Source: Catajapyx aquilonaris
Lineage: Eukaryota
DNA: 33,169 nucleotides
Direction of reading: 5' to 3'
NCBI GenBank assembly: GCA_000934665.2
Contig: JYFJ02004299.1
Span: 1-33,169, forward strand
Position 1 is the stretch's first letter; each line of letters begins with the position of its first letter. Positions 10,355 to 21,220 of this stretch are shown here, in pieces. The translations under genes and the position numbers were made by a program. The notes beneath the pieces were generated by a model. The model had not been told where the DNA came from. It saw only the letters and a list, made by a program, of their open reading frames with translations, and did no database searches.

Positions 10355-13300
10355 TTTCGTAGGACCACTTTTTGTACATAATTAGTCTGACATTTACTAC
10401 AAAGGAAAAGAATGTGATCATATATCATTGTTTTAAGCAAAAATGAAGATGGATGGAAGATCTGAAATGCTACAAAAAAATACCTATACAGTATAGATAC
10501 TTAGATCTAAGTCATAGATTTAAATGAGCTGACTTATCACCCACCAAATTTTAATTGTCTATTTATTTAAGCTGCACCTATAAAGTCTATTTTCGTCTGA
10601 TTGGCTCCACTATATGTATGACCCAAATTTTGTACTTAGAATTATTACTATTATACATTGTCCAAATAAAAGGGAACTTCCAGCGGAACGTTTTGGAAAA
10701 GCCTCATTGGAGCGACGACATTCTGTCACCTGCCAGCTCTGGGCTGTGTCATTATGAGCGCCAGGTCTAGGAATTCAATCAGACGATGGATGGATTGGTT
10801 GTTGGCAGGCAGGCATTTTTTTCCCTCCATTTTTTTTTACTTGGGACCAGGAAGAAGAAAAGGAGGAGGAGGAGCGGAAGTTGGAGGAAGCAAATTCCAC
10901 GATCCTTCAAAATGTAATTTCGTGATTCTAGATTCGTCGCTTCCTCTTTTTCATCCCCCCTCCCTTGCGTCCCCCCCCAAACCCTCCTCTCCCCACCTCC
11001 TTCATCTCCCTCCCCCTCCCCCTCCCCCTTTCCCTTAAACTAATGGACAAATTGAATCATGGGAGCAGGCCCTTAACAAGGTTTTGGAGCCCCGCGTTTT
11101 TCTCCTAACCTAATTTGGACTGTATCACCACTTTGATTTTGACACAAGCAGGCCTTTTGGGCCTAAATGGTGGGGATTGCTGGCTGCCAGCTTGAGAGGG
11201 CCCAATTAATGCATAAGGGGGTGGGACACGGGGGTGGGCAAGGCACAAACTCCAACAAACAATTACTTTACTCGCCTAACTACCTAGTTTGGCCAGGACG
11301 CCACCTGCAAAAAGGAAGGAAGGAAGGAAGAAGGCACAGGGAGTAGGTTGTTGGGGAGGGGGGGGGGGCGCACCGTGGGAACAAGTGCTCCTCGTGCCAC
11401 GGGCCAATAACCGCCCCGACAACAATATGGCATTGTGCTGAGCCTGGCCTGGCTTTTTTATTAGTCGAGCGGACTTTTGAGCAAACTTTACGGGTATAAG
11501 GGGGGGGAAGGTTGGCATGAGGGAGAATGGCTTCCGCTGGGAGCCCGCGTCTTATCGTGGGGATCATCTACTCTCAAATAGGTGAGTGAGTGTATCGGGA
11601 AGGATGCTCGGAACTTGTAACACCCCACACCTCCCCTTCTCCTCCCCCAGTAAAGCTCACACTTGATTGTTGGCGGTAGGCCGGATGCCGGTTGGTGAAA
11701 GTAACGTTCGCTCTCTCCATACGCCGTCTTGGATTCTTGATTCATTGTCTTGGGAGATTCGGGCAGGAAGCACCGGGTGCAGGGGATAGGGTGGGTGGGG
11801 GGGAAGATTCATGATTTCGTACAACTGTACTTCCAAGGCCCTCCGGTATAACCTGATCCATCCATTCATTCCCCTCGAGTTGGGGGGGGGGGGGTTTACA
11901 TCCCTCCTCTGCCCTCGCTCGGTTGCTTGTTCGCCGGACTATTAACGAAATCATGTGCCTAAACCTATTTTATTCTTGTTTTCGGAGCTTCCTGAATATA
12001 TGCGATTTGAGGAGATGGAGTTAGGGTCATAGACTATGTTGTGGAGCCGAGAGCAGCGACCTGGCGACATTAGATTGTCCTATTGCATCAATTGATTCAC
12101 CTTTGCTATTTTCGGGTCGCAAGTCGAAGCAAAGAGGTGGTGGCCTCGAATCCAGTGGTCTGAGGGGATGAGTCCATTACCTTGAGGTGACCTCAGTTGA
12201 AAATGGAGGGTTGGAGTAACTCGAGACGCCTGTCTTTCTCGGGTGTTTGAACTGTCTTTGACATCCAGTGACATAATGCTCGTCCTCTTTGTCGGCACCG
12301 GCGCTGTGTCTGCAGACTTGGAAATGGCAGGAAAAGAGCCCAATAGGACAATGGCTCTCTTCAAACTGCACAATAGGTAGGTATAGGCAATAGCCAATAG
12401 GTAGTAAAACTATAAACGGAAGTTGATAGTCGTGGGGGTCCAGGATTCTCTACCGACCCTGTAACACTTTTCTTACCCATTTCCGGCCATACATATGACC
12501 AGAAGCATGACGCATTTTATGTTAGTTATGACTGTCAATTAACGAGGTACTAGGATGGGTAACCTCGGCCGAATTTCTTGTTTACACCACGTGTAAGGTA
12601 AATTCAAACTCCCCTACAACGTTGTGAGAGTATTGTAATATATAAAAAATATTCTACTTCTACGTTGGTGTTAGATGTTGACACTGACGCTGATTTTTTT
12701 TTTACATAACTGATGGTTAGTCAACTTACTGCCAAGGGGGAAAATATGGCCTGTGACTGTGCTCCTTCATGGTTAATCAGCTGAATAATGCAATACACAA
12801 TAGACCAAGGCCCCCAAATGCAAGGTATAACTTCCGGTAAAAAATGGACTTTTTATATTGCTGTTAAATCTCAGCAGCATGTTCCTAACGGGTATTTGTA
12901 GTAGTATTGCAAAACGAAGTATCTGGGAGTTTCTCGACTGTTGTAATCTTTGTTTTGCTTACCTATACCAGCCTATACTAATTGAACCGTGCTCTACATG
13001 CATATACTGGTATATTTGATAGCTCAACAACTACTACGTCACGGTGGCGCCCTTTCAATAGCTTGCTGCATAGAAAGATTAGAAACTGACAGATGAATTC
13101 AATCTGAGGAACATGCTTATTAATTATGACGATCTTAATAATAAATAGCACCAGTTACTACTTACTGTTCTAGATTCTTCGTCACATACAGTCAGGGTAT
13201 AGCTACACACAACCACGCTACAACTATTATAGACTGGAGTATGCTCGTGGTAGTCAAATAGCCTGAAGTACCAAAGTCCAACAGCATAGTTCCCGTGAGG

Positions 13301-13505
13301 ATGTCAACCAGACCCTACGTCCGTCAAGCTGTGCCATCCCACTTCCCGGTCGTGTAGTCTTTTATCGCAGTTAGTGCCGCGTTGGTCCTAGTCAGTGCTG
13401 TTTCAGTATTCTTTGATGCTGCTGCTTAAATTTTTCTCATTATCTGTGTAGCCGGAAGCCCTCCATTTTAGTGCAGAAATCTGGATACTTATAACTTATT
13501 ATAAC

Positions 13506-14156
13506 TAAGTCCGGATTTTTAGGCAAATGCCTAGTTCCTTTACAGTTGGGATGTTTTGTGAAGAGATCTATCCGTTTCATAAGAGCAGGATGTGGAAAAT
13601 GCAGGTTTTATAGTGCCTAAAATTGCCTATTTCGTGGTTTTAGGAACTATTTTGTCTATTCTGGTTTTTGGCCTTTTTTTGGGATAGTTAGTTTTGAACT
13701 TTTTGAAGCAATTTCGGGACTTTTTAGACCTATTCCGGACTTATTCCTTCAGACTGTTCAGAGGCATGTTTGGTAGTTTTGTGCGGAGTATTTTTTGTGC
13801 TCCTGTGAAACGACAAAAATCGTTCATAAGTAATTATAGTTTCACTAATGAAAATCTACTGTATAAAAATATTTGGCAACATACTGTGCAAGTGGAAACG
13901 GGCTTTAAGCGGTCGAGTCCAGAGCAAGTGATACTTGCTTGCACTTTGTGTCTTGTTGCCGAAGTTTTGTGATTTTCTGTCAGTTTATCGTTGTTATTAG
14001 GTTTTTGCTCTGGTTTGTGACCTTATATTTATTATTTAGGCCAATAAAATTTGTGCCTCTCTTTGATTTTCTGTAACATTATCTTGCATACGCCCACAAA
14101 AGTAAAATTTTCTTGCCTATTTCAGGGTATTTTCGTTCCTAAAAATCCGGACTCTA
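13506..14156. mobile_element. Non-autonomous DNA transposon (hAT-like MITE)
   Basis: Terminal inverted repeats ta-agtccggatttttagg (13506-13523) and cctaaaaatccggactcta (14138-14156). 8-bp TSD-like flanks attataac / cttataac (7 of 8 match). Subterminal tgcctattt-type repeats. Confidence 0.8.
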
Positions 14157-16259
14157 CTTATAACATCCAGGCTGGCGAATATAGGCGACGTTCTTGTTCC
14201 ACAAACTATGGAAAATACACACTTGGCCTTTTGTTTAGCCGAAACTTTTGGGTAAGTTAATTGCGCACTGTGCTGCTAATAAGGTAAGCAAAGAATTTTC
14301 GAAACATTAACAGCAAATTGTTTGCATGCACTGTACGCGCAGATCTGCAGACTTCTAACCTCGAAACGTCTCAACTCCATATAACTTATCTCATAACATA
14401 CACTGTAACGCTCTGAGGCGCGACCTAGAGACTATAGATCATACAAAGATCATACAGAGGATGGGTACTATACAATATAGTGTGGCGTGACTGTAATAGC
14501 ATTAAGTGCCTGCTTAGACAACCAGAACATTACGTGCTAAAACCTCTCCTCTGCCTTTCAAATGTGCCTATTTCAAGATCAAAATGATCGCACTAACTCA
14601 TACGAGTCTATCCCCCGGCCATCTGTTGGTACTCTCTCAACTCTCCGAAATGATTGTGATTTTCTGGGGCGTTAATGAAGTGTGTGGGAACCACGCAAGC
14701 TTTAAAAAATACGCTAATGTAGGCTACACGAATATACAGTACAACCAAAGACTTGTGTTTTATTTTCTCCATGTAGTTATGACAATCTTGCCTAGCGTTC
14801 CTTTTAGTTGGTTCTAACAGAGAGGCCCAGCAGTTCAGTTGAACCTCATACATCATAAAGAATCGCGTATATGCGCATCCACTCATAACTGCATCACCCA
14901 CTCTGTAAGGGCAACATTACTTAACTGCAATCACTACGTTATTGTTGGCCTTGGCTGCAATCTACTCCACTGGCAGGATATAAACCAGACTTTCCTGACA
15001 TCTAGGGACGGCTTGCTTTACTTCCCCAACCAAACGCCTACAGATGGCAGGAGAGGAGAAAGGTTGGTGGCATCTCATGAACTGAATATTTATTACGGCT
15101 GGCAGAATATTTCATTAGCTCATTTGTCTTGGTTCACCTCAATCTTAGATCTCACAATTAGAGCAGTTCAGGCGGTTTAGCCCAACCAGAGTCCTTCAAC
15201 ATCGGCTGCCCCATAATTTAGTAAAAAATTGTAAATAAAAAATTACGTGCAGAATTTTAAAAGGACATTCCCGACACATTCATGGCTAGTTGCGCTATTT
15301 ATTAAATGAGGCTTAAATGACCCGTCCTTGAAACTAGCAGATGGATAACCTAACATGTTGGCTACGGGAAGTGATATCTGTTTATTTATTTCATTTTTAT
15401 TTAAACAAATTATTTGGTGGGGGGGGGGAGCGGGAGCATAATTATATGCTCATCGGAATGTGGCTTGTAGAGCGGTGAACATATGCACTGTTAACATTAT
15501 GAAATAATGGGTTAAAACACTACACGATACAATATCCTGGAAGGTATGCGTCCCTTCGTGCGGCCTCCTGCTGGCGGCATCACCTTGCCTCTCCCTATCT
15601 CCATCTATTATCTATCCTGTCTCCGGGAGTCGAATTAGGAGGTAGAGATTTGCTACAGTGTATAGCGGCAGCATATAGCCGAAGCTGATGGGGTCATTAT
15701 TTCCCGCTGTTATCCAGCGCAATATAAACGGCCGGGTCTAAAGGTGTTGGCTGCAATAAGAGGCAGGCACATCCAAAATTGCGTGCAGTTGGGAACACTG
15801 CGCGACATAATTTCATTGTGGCACCGGCACTCTGGTATACGGAAATGAGCCAGGCTGCCGGCTCGCTTTATTTCAAGAACGTTACATTCTAAAGCCACTT
15901 TGGCTACGTTGTGCTCTCGTCAAATCATATTTTGGTAAGCCGTTTTACATGAAGCTTACAGTGCAAGCCTCATACACCAAGTGAATAGGCATTCACCCTG
16001 TGTGCATGCAGTGCAATAGTCCAATTGTGGCGCATCCTGCACACTGCAACCTTTTCTGTAAGAACAAAAATGGTGCCCCCATGACCATCGGAGCCTGCAA
16101 GCGTAGTGGCAGAACGCAGCTTGGGCAAGTAGTGAGTCGGTGGGCAAGCGCCGAGAGTTCCACCCCCTCCGGATCGATGTCAGCTTTTCTCCCGCTGCCA
16201 CCCCCATGGGTTGCCCCGGCCCTTCCGAGGCATCCTGGCCCGTAGTCTGATCCGACCCC

Positions 16260-17122
16260 TCAGTCCGCTGGCAGGTGCGGTGGCAGGTGCTCAGCTCGTA
16301 AGTACAAACCCGTCCGGCTCGTGCGGCCCATTCAACCCCGTAGTTCAGAGGCAGAACACACCTGATCAGTGGACCTGGGTTCGATTCCCAGCGAGGTTGG
16401 GGGCTGAGCCGGAGCAGGGTACACTAGATAACTTACATATTAGGGGGAGGTGGGGAGGGGCTGCCTAATTCTTGCCGTCTTCCTCCATGCATGAGTCCGC
16501 TTGCGCGCAGTCGGACGGGCCGCTGCTCGCGCCCTCCTTTCCTTGCTCCCAATCGATCACACAGCCCCCGTAGTAGTAGCAGCACCATCATCGGCGTCCG
16601 CTCATACCCACCCATCGGTCTTGCATTGTTGTGTGTAAGTGAGAGTGGTGGCCTGGTTAGGCTGGTCCCCCATTAGACGGAGGCAGGAGGATGGGGGGCA
16701 TAGGAGCTTAGTAGTGGAACCTGCAGAAGGGGGAGGGGGGGGATGTTTTGCAGGGTTGGATGGGGAGGGAGGGGCTGGGAAGAAAGGAGGGAGGGGGAGG
16801 GTGGGTACCATGGGTGCCAACAGGTTGAGGTGCGGGTTATGGGGCGAATCGATCGATGGCGGGAAAGACAGCAGGGGCGCCAATGTTGGCCCATCTCCCT
16901 GCCTCCGATCAGGGTTGACCCGATGACCTCTTTCGACTGTCAGTCTTGCCCACTTTGATAGGAAAAAGGTGGTGAGTGTGCGATGTGTTGGGGAGCGGGA
17001 GGTTCTGCGGTCCTGCACGTGCTACGGAGCCGGCAGGAATGAGTTGGCACTCTTGCTGCAGTCGCAGCCTGCAGGAGAGCCTCGTCCGCTTAGGAAACGT
17101 CGTCTGCCCGGACGTTCTGCAG
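16260..17122 (+). promoter_or_regulatory. GC-rich putative Dop2R promoter / 5' UTR region with Inr-like motifs and short non-coding exons
   Basis: TCAGTC at 16260 and 16940 and GCAGTC at 16507, each followed by a strong donor (gtaagt 16298, gtaagt 16635, gtgagt 16972). Candidate acceptors at 17061, 17074 and 17122. Two GCAGGTG E-boxes at 16271 and 16283. Confidence 0.45.
16334..16399 (+). ncRNA. tRNA-like (pseudo-tRNA / tRNA-mimic) element, copy 2, at the 5' end of Dop2R
   Basis: Acceptor AACCCCG/CGAGGTT, D arm GTTC-AGAGGCA-GAAC, shrunken anticodon arm CAC-CTGATCA-GTG, variable region GAC, T arm CTGGG-TTCGATT-CCCAG. The T-arm block is identical to copy 1. Confidence 0.7.
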
Positions 17123-17206
17123 GCGGCAGACTAAGTGCGTGCCTGGTGCTGCTGCCTGCGTGCGTGCGTGCGGTGGTGGTGGGCTAGTGGCGGCGCCTGG
17201 TGGAGG

Positions 17207-17335
17207 ATGCCCCAAGCGGCCTCCTTGCTGAGCAGAAGATGGGGCAAGGCCACGCCGCCCAGCACCAGAGCCATCGCCAGCACCACCACCAGCACCACCA
17301 GCACGCTGTTGCACCTACACCACAACCACTCTTCG
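17207..17335 (+). CDS. Dop2R: Probable first coding exon of dopamine D2-like receptor (start ATG at 17207 or 17239)
   Basis: GC-rich ORF ending at donor TCG|gtgagt (17336). From 17207: MPQAASLLSRR...STTTSTTSTLLHLHHNHSS (phase 0, with an NHS sequon). From 17239: MGQGHAAQHQSH...PQPLF (phase 1). No homology support; inferred from splice phase. Confidence 0.55.
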
Positions 17336-18459
17336 GTGAGTGGCCATCTTCTTTCAATGGCGGAGGGGGGTTGGCCAAGGGAAAAGAGCTCATGCGCACC
17401 ACGGATATATAAGCACCGGTTCTGCACATTTTTGCTCACATACTGGCATCGGAAGCATGTGGTCTAGGTTGTGACACAGTTTAGAGGAAGGCCAAGTTAG
17501 ACGTCCCCAAGAAGTTCTTGTGTACCTCGCGCGTTGTGGTTCCAGTGACGTGCGGTCATGTGATTCTTTAATTATGCCGCACATGGTACATAGCATAATA
17601 TTTTGCATGAGCTTAATCAGTAGGGTAATACTTATGGAATGTACAAAACACATTTTGAGATGAATTCCACACCAAGAGAAGCATCCACTAATATCGAGCT
17701 CCTCACTCTTCTATCTGCACCACAATATGTGGATTCTCCAAATGCCATTCCATAGAGATAGTGGTGTAGTTAATATGCGCTTCTTTTTGAAGACTTGCCG
17801 TCAGAGAGTCTAGTCCGGTTAGCTCACATGGACACAATCCAATCGGTAGTGTATACAGTCAGGAGCGGGGTGAGCGCCAGCATTGAAATCCCTTGAGATG
17901 TCCAAACTGGATGTAAGAAAAGTTACAGAACTTGCAGTATAGCGTAATCTAATTTATGTGACACACGGACATCAAGGGACGAAATTGTCACGAGGACCAT
18001 TTCGCATTAATTCGCGTCTACCAGAGCTTGCGGATGACTTATCATTGACGTGGACTCATTTTGCGCAAAAGTACTAATATTTCATGAGAAGGGGCGGAAA
18101 GAAAGTGGGGTTCCTAACAGTTCCCCTGCCCCATTCTGGCACTTGTGATATCCACGGGGTGTGTCTGTAGTTCTAAAAAGGATTAGAGTCAGGTGATAGT
18201 CGAATTTATCAGGCGCCATAATTAATGTTCTCTATTTTTTGTTATTGGATCGTCACGAAGCAGCGAGTCAATCCAACTCTAGGACTCCACGCCTCAAAAT
18301 CGAAGGGTTGCGTGCGGCATATCGTCAAAAAGGAGCACACTTGCGGTCAAGTTTCCCTGGCCACTTGGCTAAAGAAACTATCGTGCGGTTTGCTGAGAGC
18401 TCTGCTTGTACAGTGTTGACAGCCTACCTGACAGGGTTCTAAACGGATCCTTCCTTCAG

Positions 18460-18534
18460 TTGTCAGATGGCGCCACAGAGGTACTGGAGCAGCCCTGGAC
18501 GGAGGCAGAACCGTCTTGGAATGTCACGGAACTG
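18460..18534 (+). CDS. Dop2R: Probable second coding exon of dopamine D2-like receptor N-terminus
   Basis: Acceptor ccttccttcag and donor CTG|gtgagt at 18535. 75 nt, reading LSDGATEVLEQPWTEAEPSWNVTEL with an NVT glycosylation sequon. Its phase-0 end matches the next exon. Confidence 0.7.
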
Positions 18535-19264
18535 GTGAGTGATACATACCATGTTATACTGTATATAAGGAGACCGCAGGAACTTTTTTGTATGAAAATG
18601 TAAAGCACGGAAATATTTTTCCGAACTGTTGCATATCTCTGCTGAAAGAACGTACAATGTGAGGCATATTGTCTCTGAATATAGGGGGTGGCATGATTTG
18701 GCAACTGCGCGTTCCTGTTGTATAGATTGGGCCAGGAGTTCCCAATAATCTCGGAGCTTTCATTTGTGCTGGTAGTTTCTTTTCATTTTTTGACGTTACC
18801 TACGAGAAAATACTGACTAAGTCCCAATTCTCATTTTGTACTGCACGTTCGGTTGGGACGTGGAGAAAATGAACTTCTCGGGCTGTTTTCACTCATTTTT
18901 TCGTAGAAAATAATTGTTACCTGGTCTGCTCTCAGCTGGAGTTGCAGGATGTAACTAGGAATGGTATTACCGATGTATATATACAGTGCATGTGGAACTG
19001 GATGGAAAAAAAAAAGATCCTGCGAACGTCATAAGCGGCTTTGATTCTATTGAGAAGCAGAGACGAGAGTCTCTTCGAATTCGTATCCGGAGGAATTTAT
19101 TAGGATAGAAAATCCACAAAAGACCAAACATATAGACCTTCACCTCCTCTGTCAATCAATCCTCCATCACTTGTTGGGAAGCAGGAGTCAATCCAGCCCT
19201 GATTTCAGCTAATAAAGATCCTTGCCTATACCTGCAGAGGCGACCCAACACCAACAATAGTAGC

Positions 19265-19409
<145 letters not shown>

Positions 19410-19994
19410 GCTTTTTGAAAATATTAATTAAACCCTATTGACGGGAAACTTGATGCATTGCACCACCTGCTGGGACATCCGACAATATATTTTTACGAGG
19501 TGTTCTATTAGATCGCACACAAAGATTATATAGATTGAGGCTGACACATGATATATGGACTTGCTATGTGTATTTGGATCATTTCAACATCCCAGATAGA
19601 TAGGGTAAAGCGGGTGAATCGTGTCCCGTTATTTGCTCTGTCTGAAAGAGTGATTACTTCACGTGGAGACTCGAAGAGATTGTTCATAAAGTGCGTCACT
19701 CTTTTAGAGGGTAAGGGGAATTTATGCTAGCGTGACGGACGATGACGTGATGCGCCAAAGTCACAATGAAACAGAGGTAGTCGAACTTCTGTGGTGAAAT
19801 TCGAAGTCGCTCATTGTTTTTTCATGCATTGTAGAAGTCCATCAAGCATGAATGAAAAATCGGGACTGTATTCAAATCACGGACCCCTAAGTTACTTGTA
19901 TGATCACGAGGTTTAAAGTCAGGGTTGCATTTTATGATAATATATTTTACTGTTCTTTGCCACATGGTTGTCAAAACAGTGCTCACTAGCTGGT

Positions 19995-20165
19995 AATCCT
20001 GTGGTGCTGTAGTTAGAGATGCAGCCCTCCTCATGTAGGATCCCCTGTCCGAACCTCTGGTCGGGCAGACGACTTTCTCATGTGAAGAGAGTTTCCATGG
20101 TTCTCTCGTGGTCGCGTGGGTTTTCTTGGGGTTCTCCCGTTTTCTTTAGCAATCAAAATCCATCA
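19995..20165 (+). mobile_element. Degenerate tRNA SINE with V-domain-like central region
   Basis: Weak tRNA head, then gagagtttccatggttctctcgtggtcgcgtgggttttcttggggttctcccgtttc. This resembles the V-SINE core (ggagtttgcatgttctccccgtg...gcgtgggtttcctccgggtgctccggtttcc) as recalled from memory. Confidence 0.55.
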
Positions 20166-20999
20166 ACCTTGAGTATGAATTTGAATTAATAATCGGGAAT
20201 TAAAAGAGGCTCAGTCCAGAGAGGCCACAGACTATCACGGGGTAACCATTATGATTCTTATCATTACTTTGTAATGAGGCTCACTGACTAAAGGTTGCCC
20301 TGAAATAGGTTCAACTTGTTAAAATAATGGAGTGAGTTTAAAGAAAGACTTTTTATGTGAAAAGTTTGATTAATGACTTGCTTATCATATGCCTGTGGAG
20401 TGTGGTCACTTCTTGTGCGTGATACCTATTCGCCCCAACCATATAGCCTATTCCAACGCGGGTGCACATTGAGCTGTGCAGGAACATATATTGTAGGGAC
20501 ATATCTGATATGCATCGGTAACGGTATAAGCTGCAAGACAATTCCGTGTCCTGGAAATGCTTGAAATGGAACGCAGGGATTGGCCGCATACAACAGATAT
20601 GCTTTTCTCAGAAATAATGCAGGTTCATGTCAAAGACACTAAACTAACATCTACGACGATTAAATAGAAATGAATTTAGCAGATGCAGAATAAACAGACG
20701 ATTTGACCAGTTTTCCCCGAACGTTCCTGGCTATGAATATGAAACCCTTCACCGCTACTTGCCGGTCCAACAAGATATCAACACTCCTTACATAAATGCA
20801 GTCTATTTAGCACATTTGCAGTAAGTAAATAAATATTTGATTACTTTAGTAGGCTAGTTGAAAGTAACTGCTGCACTCGTCCGAGATAATAATTTGATGT
20901 CAAAAAATCCTGCTTTTGCAACCTCCCTCTACACCAGTTTTCCTATCTAAAATTTTGAATAATTAAAACCTTCCATGCGGATCAGCAACGACCGCATTA

Positions 21000-21220
21000 A
21001 AGCCTGGTTCACATGTGGCCGATTTTCGGACTCGCGTGACTATTTTCGGTCACGAACAGTTTGAAGTAGCTGGGTGGCTTCTTCCTATCACAAACAGAAA
21101 GAGAAGACGGTCCCAGTCACCCCAACTACATCGAACTGTTTGCTTAATAAAAATCAACCGCTAAACGGCCTTTAAAGGCAAAAAATGGTCTTGTATACAC
21201 GCACGATGTGAAACAGCTTT
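21000..21220. mobile_element. Foldback MITE (PIF/Harbinger-like)
   Basis: Outer inverted ends aagcctggttcacat / atgtgaaacagctt. Inner inverted pair aacagtttgaagtagctgggtggct (21055-21079) / agtcaccccaactacatcgaactgtt (21115-21140). Confidence 0.55.

Noticed and set aside
12181..12309. Possible 129-nt minus-strand exon (ctgcag| ... AAG|gtaatg)
   Set aside because: The splice signals are plausible, but no frame gives a recognisable protein and no partner exons could be established.
16334..16399. Functional tRNA-Ile(GAT) gene
   Set aside because: The anticodon stem is only 3 bp, position 37 is C, the acceptor stem has a mismatch and there is no Pol III terminator.
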